Positions 21,478 to 32,280 of a stretch of DNA of 64,000 nt are shown here, piece by piece. The number at the start of each line of letters is the position of its first letter. The stretch's first letter is position 1. Origin of the DNA: Magallana gigas (lineage: Eukaryota); NCBI RefSeq assembly GCF_963853765.1, contig NC_088856.1, forward strand, positions 25,296,001-25,360,000, read 5' to 3'. A program made the position numbers and the translations under genes. The notes beneath the pieces were generated by a model. The model was not told where the DNA came from and made no database searches. It saw only the letters and a list, made by a program, of their open reading frames with translations.

Positions 21478-24400
21478 ACCAAACTAACAGCATTGTAGCA
21501 TCCTCACTAAAAACTCAGTGTATGCATAGTAGGCATAGATCGACTAACACTTGCCGTCCGATCAGTCCCTCTAACCAAGCCCCCCACTCCTCATTAAAAC
21601 CTACCCCATCTCCCAAACCCAAGCCCAGTAGTACACCCAAATCTCACAGCTCGGTTAATTTGATTATGCCTATCATGAAAAACACTGTTAGTGTTGATAT
21701 CTATGATACTCCCATGCGTGCATTGGTTGATACAGGTGCATCTATCTCATGTATTACATCCTCTCTTGTGACTAGGTTAGGGATAGACAAGAGTTCAATT
21801 CAATCAACTAATGCAACTGATGCGGTCGCTGTTGGCGGTGAAGTTCATCGCAGTCTTGGTGTTCTATCCTTGCCAATTTCTTTTGATGGTTTTGTTTTTA
21901 CACATGATTTTCAGGTTTATGACAAATTCCATCAACCTCTTATTTTGGGCTTAGATTTTTTAAGAGCAAATGATGCTGTTCTTAGCATTGCACAGAACAC
22001 TCTCTCTCTTAAGGACCCTATTTCTAACCATGTCCTTGCAATTGACGTTAATTCAGGTCTTGCTAGAGTTTGTCAAACAGTCACTGTCAACCCAGGGTGT
22101 GTCATGGCAATTGAGGTATTTATCTCAAGTTCATTAAAAGGTGCTCATGTTCTGTTGGAACCTTCACAACAACTTCCCAAGTTAGGCCTTGCAGGAGCCA
22201 AATGCTTAGTTGATACCCTAAACAACGAGATTCATTATATGCAAGTCATCAATCCTACAACTGACCCAATTACTTTGTCAGCAAATACATGCATTGCATC
22301 TGCCACAGTTGTTAATCCTGATACTGTACTATCTCTAGACAACCCAAAACCATCCAATACAGACTCTGATCCCAAACCACCACAAGGTTGTCCAATAGAT
22401 TTTGATCTTTCTGACTCTAATCTTAATCCCACACAAAAACAGATTCTTCTAGCTTTTCTCAACAAACATAGATCTGTTTTTGCAACAGAATTATCAGAAT
22501 TAGGCAACTGTGCTGTTCAATCCCATCGCATAGAAACTGGTGATGCATTTCCTGTCCGACAGCGATTTTATCGACAGTCCCCAGAAGTAAATGCTGAGAT
22601 GAATAGACAACTAGAGGAGATGTTAGAAGCCAATATCATTGAAGAGTCAACATCTATGTGGCAAAGTCCAGTTGTCATGGTTAAAAAGAAAAATGGCCAA
22701 CTACGTTTTGCGATAGATTATAGAAAGCTAAACTCTGTCACAAAACAATACACATTTCCCTTACCTCGTTTGGAAGATGTTTTTGACACAATTGGCATTT
22801 CTAAAGCACAGATATTTTCTACTCTAGACTTAGCTTCTGGTTTTTGGCAAATACCCATGGATCCTGAAACTGCCCACAAATCAGCATTCGTTACCCCTAC
22901 TGGAGTGTATCAGTGGAAACGTATGCCCTTTGGCCTTGTCAATGCCCCAGCTAGCTTTCAGGCACTTATGACCCAAGTACTTAGGGGTCTTAACTGGAAA
23001 ACCTGTCTTGTCTATGTAGATGATATTCTTGTCTTCTCTAGCTCCTTTGAACAACACCTTCAGCATTTGGATCAAATCTTTTCTCGCCTTAGTTCAGCAG
23101 GTCTTACATTGAAACCTACCAAATGCTCTTTTGCTCAACGCCAAGTGCAGTATCTTGGTCATGTCATTACCAAAGATGGAGTCCAAGTGGATGTTTCTAA
23201 GACAGATGCTGTGAAGTCATTCCCAACACCAAAATGTACAAAAGATGTCCGATCTTTTCTTGGCCTATGTAACTACTATCGAAAATTTATTCATGACTAC
23301 AGTACCATCATAGGACCATTAACAGCATTACTGAGAAAAGACAACAAATTCAAATGGTGTGATGAATGTCAAACAGCCTTCGATCTACTGAAAACAGCTC
23401 TCACATCGCCACCTGTTTTAGCATATCCAGACAACTCCAAACCATTCATCCTTACTACTGATGCATCTGGAACAGCATTAGGGTTTATTCTTGGACAATT
23501 TGATGACAACGGAAAAGAGCGTGTAATTGCATTTGGTGGACGATCCCTCAACAAACATGAAAGAAACTACACCATATCAGAACGCGAATGTTTGGCCATT
23601 ATTGAAGGTATTAAGAATTACCATGTTTATCTCGCTAGCAAACCATTCACAGTGTACACTGACCACTCAGCTCTTAAATGGCTACAGACTGTCAAGCATG
23701 ATACAGGCAGACTCGCTCGTTGGTCCATCCTCTTACAGGGCTACAACTTCAATGTAATCCACAAGAAAGGCAAGAAAAATGGAGTAGCTGATGCCCTCTC
23801 CAGAAGAAACTACCCACAACCACCCAAGAAAGCTGAAGAACCAGAGGATGTCATACCCAGTACTGCTACAGTATCCGTCCTCTCTACTCCATCTGAACAC
23901 AATCAAGCGACTTTCTTCTATAAAAATGAAAACTGTGGATCTCAGCAATCTAAACACCAAACACAATCAAACGTATGCACCATTGACGAATCTACAGAAA
24001 TTGGTCAGCTTCAAAGCCAGTGTCCAGACTTTGGTCCCTTACATGCTTACTTTACAGATGGAGCTGTTCCGTCAACAAAACAAGAGCGTGACAAACTTAT
24101 CTCAGAGAGCAAACATTATGTTTTCTTAGACCATACACTATACCATTTTTACGAACCTCGCTCAAAGAAAATAGCTCAATGTCAACCAATCTTAAAACAG
24201 TTAGCCGTACCACGTTGTCTAAGAGAAGATGTTCTGAGATCCTACCATGACAGTCTAGCAGGAGGAGCACATCTTGGCCTTGACAGAACATATCGAGCAA
24301 TTCAACTGAAGTACTATTGGCCCAAGATGTACCAAAATGTTGCCGACTATATTCGCTCCTGTGATACATGCCAGCATGCCAAGAAACAAACCACTTTACC

Positions 24401-25763
24401 ACGCGCTCCCCTCGTCAATATGCCAGTTGAGGACACTTTCCTACGTCTCCATATGGATATCTTGGGACCACTTACCACATCAAAACAAGGCCACAAATAC
24501 ATCCTACTGGTCGTGGACTCATTCAGCAAATTTCCAGAAGCATTTCCATTAAAAACTCAAGAATCAAAAGAAATAGCTGAAGTTCTCTTCGCAGAAATAT
24601 TTGCAAGATATGGAGCACCACGTGTGATTGTGAGTGATAGAGGACAGAACTTTCTGAGCAAACTTGTTACGGCAGTGTGTGAAATATTCCAAGTCACCAG
24701 ACATTTTACTAGTGCCTACCACCCTCAGACAAATGCAGCTTGCGAAAGAATGAACAGTACCATTGCCCAGTGCCTCCGCACCTACATCAATCCTGAACAA
24801 ACAAACTGGAACAAACTCCTTCCAGGAGTTATGATGGCCTTGAGGATGAGTCCTTCTACACAAGCATCTGATCTGTCACCATACCATCTTGTCTTTGGGA
24901 AAGAAATGAACCTACCATTTGATACTTCACTAATTCCCAAAAATGGACTCAATAAGGATGCAAAAACTCATGTAAGTGATCTCATGTCTCACCTTAAAAT
25001 CGTGAAGAATATCGCAACCAAAAACATCCAAAAAGCCCAACAGAAACAGAAACAGCAGTATGACAAAAAAACTCAAGTTCGAGAGTTTCGTGTAGGACAA
25101 TATGTACTGCTTCACACAACAAAAGTTCCTCAAGGATTGTCACCTAAATTAACCAGCCCATGGGAAGGTCCCTTCTATGTGTGTAGAGTTGGTCCAAACA
25201 ACACCTACAAAGTGCGCAGATGCTCCAACAACAAGGAACTGAAATCCTTCATTCATGTGAACAGACTCAAACCCTACAATGACCCAGATCATCGTCCAAG
25301 TTTTGACCCACCTCGTCCAGATGAACCCATTGATGATGCCCATTATCCCCCAGACCCTGTAATCCCGCAACCTCCAGATGCACCAATTGATGCTACTCAT
25401 CAACCCCCAGAAACTGCACCCGTGCAACAAACCATACAAGTACAACAGGAGCCAAAGTTACCTCCTACTCAAACTGCTGACAATCCAGCACCTTACCCGC
25501 AGCGTTTACGTGCTCAATGTTCATCAGACTCCTCAGTACAGACACAGGACGTCTCTGATAAAACTTATTTTGTTGACAAACTACTGCGCTACAAGTTTGT
25601 CAAAGGCAAGAAGCTATTCCGAGTCAAATGGCTAGGATACGGCGAACGAACATGGGAACCTGAAGAAAATCTTCCTCCCTGTATGGTTCGCAAGTTTCAT
25701 ATTACCAAAACACAACAGGGTTCGGCCCGCAAGAAGAGGACAAAACTGACTTGTTTTAAGTAG
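21447..25763 (+). CDS. pol: Pol polyprotein: aspartic protease, RT, RNase H, integrase with GPY/F motif, chromodomain
   Basis: PR LVDTGAS; RT FAIDYRKLN and YVDDIL; RH TDAS..ERECLAI..TDH..ADALSR; IN H..H..CDTC, MDILGP, SDRG, ERMN and WEGPFY; chromodomain YFVDKLL..VKWLGY..TWEPEENL. Confidence 0.96.
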   Translation, partial: GNAPILSKDRHQTNSIVASSLKTQCMHSRHRSTNTCRPISPSNQAPHSSLKPTPSPKPKPSSTPKSHSSVNLIMPIMKNTVSVDIYDTPMRALVDTGASISCITSSLVTRLGIDKSSIQSTNATDAVAVGGEVHRSLGVLSLPISFDGFVFTHDFQVYDKFHQPLILGLDFLRANDAVLSIAQNTLSLKDPISNHVLAIDVNSGLARVCQTVTVNPGCVMAIEVFISSSLKGAHVLLEPSQQLPKLGLAGAKCLVDTLNNEIHYMQVINPTTDPITLSANTCIASATVVNPDTVLSLDNPKPSNTDSDPKPPQGCPIDFDLSDSNLNPTQKQILLAFLNKHRSVFATELSELGNCAVQSHRIETGDAFPVRQRFYRQSPEVNAEMNRQLEEMLEANIIEESTSMWQSPVVMVKKKNGQLRFAIDYRKLNSVTKQYTFPLPRLEDVFDTIGISKAQIFSTLDLASGFWQIPMDPETAHKSAFVTPTGVYQWKRMPFGLVNAPASFQALMTQVLRGLNWKTCLVYVDDILVFSSSFEQHLQHLDQIFSRLSSAGLTLKPTKCSFAQRQVQYLGHVITKDGVQVDVSKTDAVKSFPTPKCTKDVRSFLGLCNYYRKFIHDYSTIIGPLTALLRKDNKFKWCDECQTAFDLLKTALTSPPVLAYPDNSKPFILTTDASGTALGFILGQFDDNGKERVIAFGGRSLNKHERNYTISERECLAIIEGIKNYHVYLASKPFTVYTDHSALKWLQTVKHDTGRLARWSILLQGYNFNVIHKKGKKNGVADALSRRNYPQPPKKAEEPEDVIPSTATVSVLSTPSEHNQATFFYKNENCGSQQSKHQTQSNVCTIDESTEIGQLQSQCPDFGPLHAYFTDGAVPSTKQERDKLISESKHYVFLDHTLYHFYEPRSKKIAQCQPILKQLAVPRCLREDVLRSYHDSLAGGAHLGLDRTYRAIQLKYYWPKMYQNVADYIRSCDTCQHAKKQTTLPRAPLVNMPVEDTFLRLHMDILGPLTTSKQGHKYILLVVDSFSKFPEAFPLKTQESKEIAEVLFAEIFARYGAPRVIVSDRGQNFLSKLVTAVCEIFQVTRHFTSAYHPQTNAACERMNSTIAQCLRTYINPEQTNWNKLLPGVMMALRMSPSTQASDLSPYHLVFGKEMNLPFDTSLIPKNGLNKDAKTHVSDLMSHLKIVKNIATKNIQKAQQKQKQQYDKKTQVREFRVGQYVLLHTTKVPQGLSPKLTSPWEGPFYVCRVGPNNTYKVRRCSNNKELKSFIHVNRLKPYNDPDHRPSFDPPRPDEPIDDAHYPPDPVIPQPPDAPIDATHQPPETAPVQQTIQVQQEPKLPPTQTADNPAPYPQRLRAQCSSDSSVQTQDVSDKTYFVDKLLRYKFVKGKKLFRVKWLGYGERTWEPEENLPPCMVRKFHITKTQQGSARKKRTKLTCFK

Positions 25764-25933
25764 ATGAACAATTAAGCCCTAGTTCTATCCTGTACCTGCC
25801 CTTTCCTATAATTCTACCTCTAACTATGCTCTCTGAGCCCCTCATCATGTATCATTGTTAATATCTCAATATATTGCTCAAAAGTTGTTATTTGTTATTT
25901 TGACTGTTTGATATTAACAATGAATACATGACC

Positions 25934-25974
25934 CTTTTTTTTTTTCCCCTAATCTTCCTCACTTCCTTCCCTAG
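25934..25974 (+). promoter_or_regulatory. Splice acceptor for a subgenomic env mRNA
   Basis: Long polypyrimidine tract, CTAAT branch-like motif and CTAG|G. The env ORF has no ATG of its own. Confidence 0.7.
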
Positions 25975-28394
25975 GTACCCCAGGACTTCCGCCTACATTG
26001 TTCCTCATTTGTCTTGTCTCCCTTCTTGGAGTTGTGCCTACTGGTAATGCTGCCACATACCAACGTTTAAATTATGGCGTCCTATTTGAGCAACAACAAC
26101 AGCTTTATCTTGGACAGGAGTATTGGTCGCATACTTTCCAAATTCCCCTGCCCAAGAAAGTGTATTTACACAGAGAGCTGTATTGCAACAACGCCCCTCA
26201 TTGTAAGTACGGCAAACATGTGATCAAAACACTCAATGCACTGCGGACCCAAACCATGGCAAACCTAAATGCTACCGTACATGATATTCACATGCTGATT
26301 CCACAAAGTCACCTTCCAAGACCTAAATCCTTCATCGGCTCATCTAGATCTAGATCCAAGCGCGGCATTTTTGACTTTGTAGGACAAATTTCAAAATCCC
26401 TTTTTGGAACAGCAACTTCTGATGATATAGCTACATTGCAACGACACATGCAAACTCTAAACAGAAACAATGCCCAAATTGCTCACACCATGGCCATTCA
26501 AGAGAAACATCTTTCTTCTTTTATATCTACTGTTGATGCCAGGTTTAATAATATAGTAAGTGCGGTAAAGAAAAATCATCAAGACACAGTAGCTCTCACA
26601 GACCTTTTACACAGCTCAGTTGACTCTGTAGAACATGAGTTTATATTATTAGAACAGCTCATCATGAAACAAACGAATGCATCAGCTCATTTACAACAGG
26701 CTTTAGATCGTGTCAAACTCAGCATACATGAACTCATCAAAGGAAAACTCTCACCTTATTTGATCACCCCTCAGGCAATAACATCGTCCCTTCACCAGAT
26801 CCAAAGCATTATGGACAAAAAGTATCCCCAGTTTACTATAATTCATAAAGATCCCCTTTACTATTTTACATATGGTGATTTCTTGTATGCAAGAGTTCAT
26901 TCCACCTTGTTTCTGACACTCAAAGTTCCCATCTCTCCATTTAAACAACCATTGTTATTGTATAATATTTACTCATTTCCTGTTCCAATTAATTCATCTA
27001 CTTCGCATGCCACAAAACTCAAGGATGTACCCCAGTATTTCGCACATACACATGACAATCAACATTTCACAGTGATAACTTCTCACCAGATATCTAAATG
27101 CATTGGAACTTCAATGCTATTTTGCTCATTTCATTTAGCACTCACATCATCTGCATCACCCTCGTGCATTTCAGCATTATTCTACAATCAAAAGGAATCG
27201 GTTCACTTTTTATGTGACTTTCGCTTTCTAACCAATGAAATCAAACCAAATATTGTAGAGTTATCTCCCTCTAACACTCTTATGTACCAAACCCCTATGG
27301 TTGCTCTTGACTGCCCTTCTGGTCAACGAATTATCAAAGGATGTCCCTTTTGTGTCATGCAGTTACCTTGCCTCTGCTCAGTAACATCAGGTACCCTGTT
27401 CTTACCCCCCAGGATGGGTTCATGCAACAATAACTCGCAGTCAGTTACTGTCCTTCACCCAGTCAACCTCGCACTCATCCAAGAATTTTTTGATCCTAAA
27501 TCTCATTCAACTATCTTTGGTGATACAACATTTCAACAATATCTTGATCTCAAAGTTCCAAATTTCAAAATTTTCAATCATTCATTTTCTCATTTTGTGG
27601 CTGCTGATCAAAAACAACACTTAAATTTAAAGAAAATGGCAAAATTAGCACAAAAAGATGCAACAGTGTTTCAATCTTTGGCAGAATCCATGTTAGATGG
27701 TCAAATTGACTTTGCTGTGACCTCTTTCCCTGACACTAGTGGTACCATTGCACTAATCGCTTCTGCCCTCGTTCTCATTTGCATGATTTATTGCATTTGG
27801 TCTTTCTTTAAAATTAGAAAACTGACAACTATTATTACACTTACACAACTTCCTAACTCTGCTAAAGCTTTACCTACCCCTCACCCTGATTTATTATCCT
27901 TATATTCTAACCCTTCCCAAACTGACAACCAAGTAACAACTCTTCAAAATGTTTACACCTCGTTCACATCTCCTTGGCCCTATGTTACACTGTCTGTCCT
28001 AACAACACTGCTTATTTGCTTTTATCTGCACAAACTGTGGAAAAAGTTTAAACGCACGCACAAAACCACTCTTCACTTAGAAATCACAACAGGAACTGAA
28101 TGCATGCTCTTTCCAATCACTACTCTTCCACTTTGTCCAGACAACTGGAACATAACCCCACCACAGGTCATCAACAACATCATACTTCGAAGAACATACC
28201 TCGGCTGGGCTAATTTCACAATCAATGCATCAGATCTCACCATACAAAACAAACATACCAACACCATACTCAACATACCAAACACATTCCGACTTTCACC
28301 ACTTAAAGCACTGAGACTACGTCGTCTGTTACAACAACCATATACTGCATACTACCTTTTGTCCCATCATCAGTATTATCAATTGCTTCAGTAA
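25975..28394 (+). CDS. env: Envelope glycoprotein, F-type class I fusion protein
   Basis: Signal-like LFLICLVSLLGVVPTGNA; furin site RSKR followed by GIFDFVGQISKSLFGTATSDD; heptad region; Cys-rich region; TM IALIASALVLICMIYCIWSFF; second hydrophobic segment. Confidence 0.9.
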
Positions 28395-28892
28395 AAATTT
28401 AATTAGAAATTCCTATGTAGATCTAGGTTATCAAAACTTGCCATTGGTATGAGAGTTGCATACCGAGTCTGATTTGTTCTTAACAGTGTTTATATTGTGT
28501 TTTGGTAAATTTTTACCATAATGATTGATGCATATGTATCACTTCCATTGTACTTAGTACATGTATTTACATGTACTCACATGTCTATGAGTTTCTACAT
28601 GTACTTTTGTATATATAATTACATCTTGCTAATTAACCAAGATATTCTACCAGATTTTTGTGTTTGACATTGATTGCAATGATCTCTAATTTCAATATTT
28701 CATATCATGTTTTCCTTATACATTTTTTATTTTATTCAACAATGTTTGTATTAGAGTACCTAGTTTAGTTATTTTTCTTTAGGGTAGTATTTTCCTACAT
28801 TTTAGGATGTCAACACTAGTTTTTGTTGATTTTATATTTTTTTGTTTTGTATGCATACAATTTTTTTATCTTCGGGGACAAAGATTTCCGAA

Positions 28893-28902
28893 CCAGGAGG
28901 GA
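28893..28902 (+). promoter_or_regulatory. Polypurine tract
   Basis: CCAGGAGGGA lies 2 nt upstream of the 3' LTR. Confidence 0.65.
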
Positions 28903-28904
28903 TT

Positions 28905-30636
28905 TATCATCAGGTCTCATTGACCCTCTGATATTATTTTTATTATATATAATTTTAATGTAATATATCATTTCTCAAACTTATTCAAAAACAGTTCTTT
29001 TTGGTTAAATGCTTTTTACTACTTTTAATTACTACAATTCGTGACTAAGTCTCTGTTTAACTTGTGTCAAGCATTAACAATATCTTTTATTCTATAAATT
29101 AGACACGATAAGAAGTTAGGTACATATTAACACCATTCGATGCCACGAGGAATTTTGGATAATTTGCCAACAAACAACTTTTACATAATCACATGACAAT
29201 CAATTAAGAAAGCCTTTTGATGTCCCCTTTACTCAATTACTGTCAGGATTACGGATTAGCGCTGCTTTTGTTTAGGCCACGCTACATCCCTTCTTTCGGG
29301 TATGAGGCCCCCGACAGGGAAATTATTGTGTTTTCTTTTTAACTTTAATATTGTACACCTATCGTGTACCCTACCTTGACCAAGAGGAATTTTTGTATCA
29401 AAGCCCAGCGCGTCACTTTTGCTGGACGCTTCCTCAATAAAAGACGTTTTCTTCACATTTGAACTCTTGGTCATATTTTACAGGTAGGCAATATTTTACT
29501 TACTTTTTAATTATTTTTGTATTGTACGTTTTTATGATCTCAGGTTTATGTGTTCAATTTTACTTAATTTGTATAACACATCAATATAAGTTTGTACTTT
29601 ATTTTATGTGATTTTTCTTTGTTCTTGTTGCATGTAGATTAGTCATTTACATAGATCCCATTGTATGCTGTTGAAATGCGTAAATGTACAAAAGTAATTT
29701 AATATCGATTGAAAAATTATCTCATTTGAAAATCTAAAATTACTTTGGGTAGATTTATCTCAATATTTGAATTACTCTTTTTATTATTTTTATGCAACAC
29801 TTTTCCTGGAAATTTATGTGTCACATGACCAGTTCTAAATTTAGTCTCGGCTTTGTTTACATGAGTTCGCTTCCGCCCGAATTGAAAATGTCATGACTTA
29901 AGGAAAACATTGTTAATCTGCATAATACATTTGATAACTAAATGGCATAAAGATGTAAGTTGATAATTACATATTTTTACTGTAATTCGTTTAGGGATTT
30001 ATTGTCATTTCATACTTTATGATTCTGATTGAGGGTTTTTATGACAATAGACATGTACAGTGATGCTGTGTGTGTTTTCATTAAGCATTAATGATTTCAA
30101 TTCTTTTATTTGTTTTAACTTCATAAGTGAAAGTCCAGAATCAAAATCTATTTCATCTTTATTCAAACATATCTTTCGATTCAAATCATGAATTTAAATT
30201 GAGTACATGTAGTTTGAAATTATGCAAATAAGACCCTATGCTTATGTCTACTCCTTCATAATTTGTGTACCTTATCATGGCCAAGTGAAGTTCTCTACCG
30301 TTAAAGTTAATTCTCCCCACTTAAGTTAATCTTCCCATTTGATTATAAGCATTTATACTTGATGTGGTTTTTGTACTTTTGTTTATTTTTATTGATGTTT
30401 GCACATGTAAGTCATATGATTAATTTTACATAATGTGGTCATTGATATTTTATATTATCTGTTGCACTATTTTATATGTGCAAAGACTCATTGTTTATAA
30501 TCTTATGATTTATATGTCATGAGACTTTTGCTGGACGCTTCCTCAATAAAAGACGTTTTCTTCACATTTGAACTCTTGGTCATATTTTACAGGTCAACTT
30601 TGATTATATATTTAAACCCCATATTCCATGATGACA
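28905..30636 (+). repeat. 3' LTR (1732 bp)
   Basis: Matches the 5' LTR; only four differences were spotted by eye. Confidence 0.93.
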
Positions 30637-31523
30637 AATAGTTCAGAATTTAAAAACATCAAAGATATAAAAAAATTACCAAAATATCAATTTTTGTAAT
30701 AGTTTGTCGTAATTAGTCTGATTTATTTTTTGCTTCTTAGTGTTTCACTTTCTCATGCTGGAGACTTGGGTTTCTTGTGGCTAGATAGTATGCAAATCTT
30801 CCTTACCTAAACCAAATCGGCAAAAACGCTCAATAATGCCGTGCACTCTGCTGTTGAAATAGATGTGAAATAGATAGTAATGAGATAAATGTTTATAAAA
30901 TACAGTTGTATACGCACGGAAAACGTTCAAAAAGTCCTTGTTTATTGACAAATGATGAATTTTGCACATTTTGGTTTTCATCAAATGGAACGGTTACCCC
31001 CCCCCCCCCCCCTTTTCCAAATTGCTGGATCCGGCTCTGAAAGACTTATAGAAACGAGTTTTGAATAAAAATTAGATGACAACCTCTGCACTGGTAAGGA
31101 GTATCAAATGAATGACGAAACGGAACAGATCGACAGGCACACAAATTTCAGAAATTCTTGTAATTGTTTTCCTGTGTCTGTTTCAACATCGCACAAACCA
31201 CACACTGTGGCAGATCGTGAACTGACCGCATGGATTTTAGAATTGATGTTGCTACTCCTGGATTAATACTATCATTAATCTATTAATATGTTGGATGTAC
31301 ATCTAGTGCCGCCATGGTCTTCAAAATGATGCATACGTTATGCACTCTGTAAGAGCGAAACCCGTGTTCGAAGTGCATGCGAAGCAAGGCAGTCCTATCG
31401 GTGCCAGATAATACGTATACATTGGAAATTTTTTTAAAGAATAATCACATTTTATGTTTCATTTAATGTGATTTCCTTTATTCTATTCTTACAAACATTT
31501 TACTACAATGTGTTGTTCGCTCA

Positions 31524-31677
31524 NNNNNNNNNNNNNNNNNNNNNNNNNNNNNNNNNNNNNNNNNNNNNNNNNNNNNNNNNNNNNNNNNNNNNNNNNNNNN
31601 NNNNNNNNNNNNNNNNNNNNNNNNNNNNNNNNNNNNNNNNNNNNNNNNNNNNNNNNNNNNNNNNNNNNNNNNNNNNN
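31524..31677. other. Assembly gap (N run)
   Basis: N characters. Confidence 0.99.
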
Positions 31678-32188
31678 CAGTTGATTATTGTCAAAATATC
31701 ACTTAGATGCAAGGTATGTGTAATTTTTGCTGCGCTCGCCAGAACGCACCATAAAACTTATCAATTTTAGAAATGACTTGGCATAAGAAATACTGTTATA
31801 TATACTTTTTGGCATTTATGTAGAGGTTAAACAACCAAACACAAAACTTCAGATTATCTGTAGATGGTTAAAACGAAATTGACAAGGTGCAATTTATAAA
31901 CAGAAGTATTCCAAGAATGTCCTAGAATGTGGAGTCGAGCATGTGTATTCCAGTAAAAAAGGACTAAGTTAAACGTAGTTGCTATTATAGCGCTCGAGAG
32001 CGCTAGCAAACACTTTTTCATCAATGCCTTTCTGAATTTGATATCGGATACGTAAATAAAAAAAAATAATTAAAAAAAATATCATCGAAATAATTCAAAC
32101 TTCCGCCAGATTCCTTTGTACCAAACCAAATCTCTGTGTGCGGAGAGACAGAAGACTATGGGTTTGCGAAATGAATCAGAAGCAACTG

Positions 32189-32280
32189 TGACGTCACAGA
32201 TATGCAACGTCATAATATCTTCACAGCTGTAAATTAAAAAAAAAAAGCATCTACATGATTCAGAAGCAATTGTGACGTCA
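32189..32280. promoter_or_regulatory. Two perfect CRE palindromes (TGACGTCA) in a short tandem duplication upstream of the micropeptide gene
   Basis: TGACGTCA at 32189-32196 and 32273-32280. Confidence 0.4.

Larger units (their letters stand above)
18139..30636 (+). mobile_element. Full-length env-encoding Ty3/Gypsy LTR retroelement (LTR-gag-pol[PR-RT-RH-IN-chromo]-env-LTR)
   Basis: Near-identical LTRs, TSD AATA (18135-18138 and 30637-30640), three intact ORFs, PBS-like and PPT sites, and Gypsy domain order. Confidence 0.96.
17180..31039. mobile_element. Non-autonomous TIR DNA element (~1.36 kb once the nested LTR element is removed)
   Basis: TIRs CATTGGCGGATCCAG (17180) and CTGGATCCGGCTCTG (ending 31039) with adjacent G/C runs. 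Flanking AAAGA direct repeats at 17175-17179 and 31040-31044. Confidence 0.65.

Noticed and set aside
21522-21524. ATG as an independent pol start
   Set aside because: Possible, but the frame is already open from the gag TAG and a readthrough-type hairpin is present.
18649-30594. Four identical 71-bp repeats as a CRISPR-like array
   Set aside because: Eukaryotic context with kb-scale spacing; fully explained by two copies per LTR.
31468-31770. ORFs containing X runs, also at 49323, 59865 and 60629
   Set aside because: Artefacts of assembly gaps.
15735-32010. GCGAGCGAAGCGAGC (15742) and GCGCTCGAGAGCGC (~31990) as the ends of one large element
   Set aside because: No matching TIR or TSD could be established.
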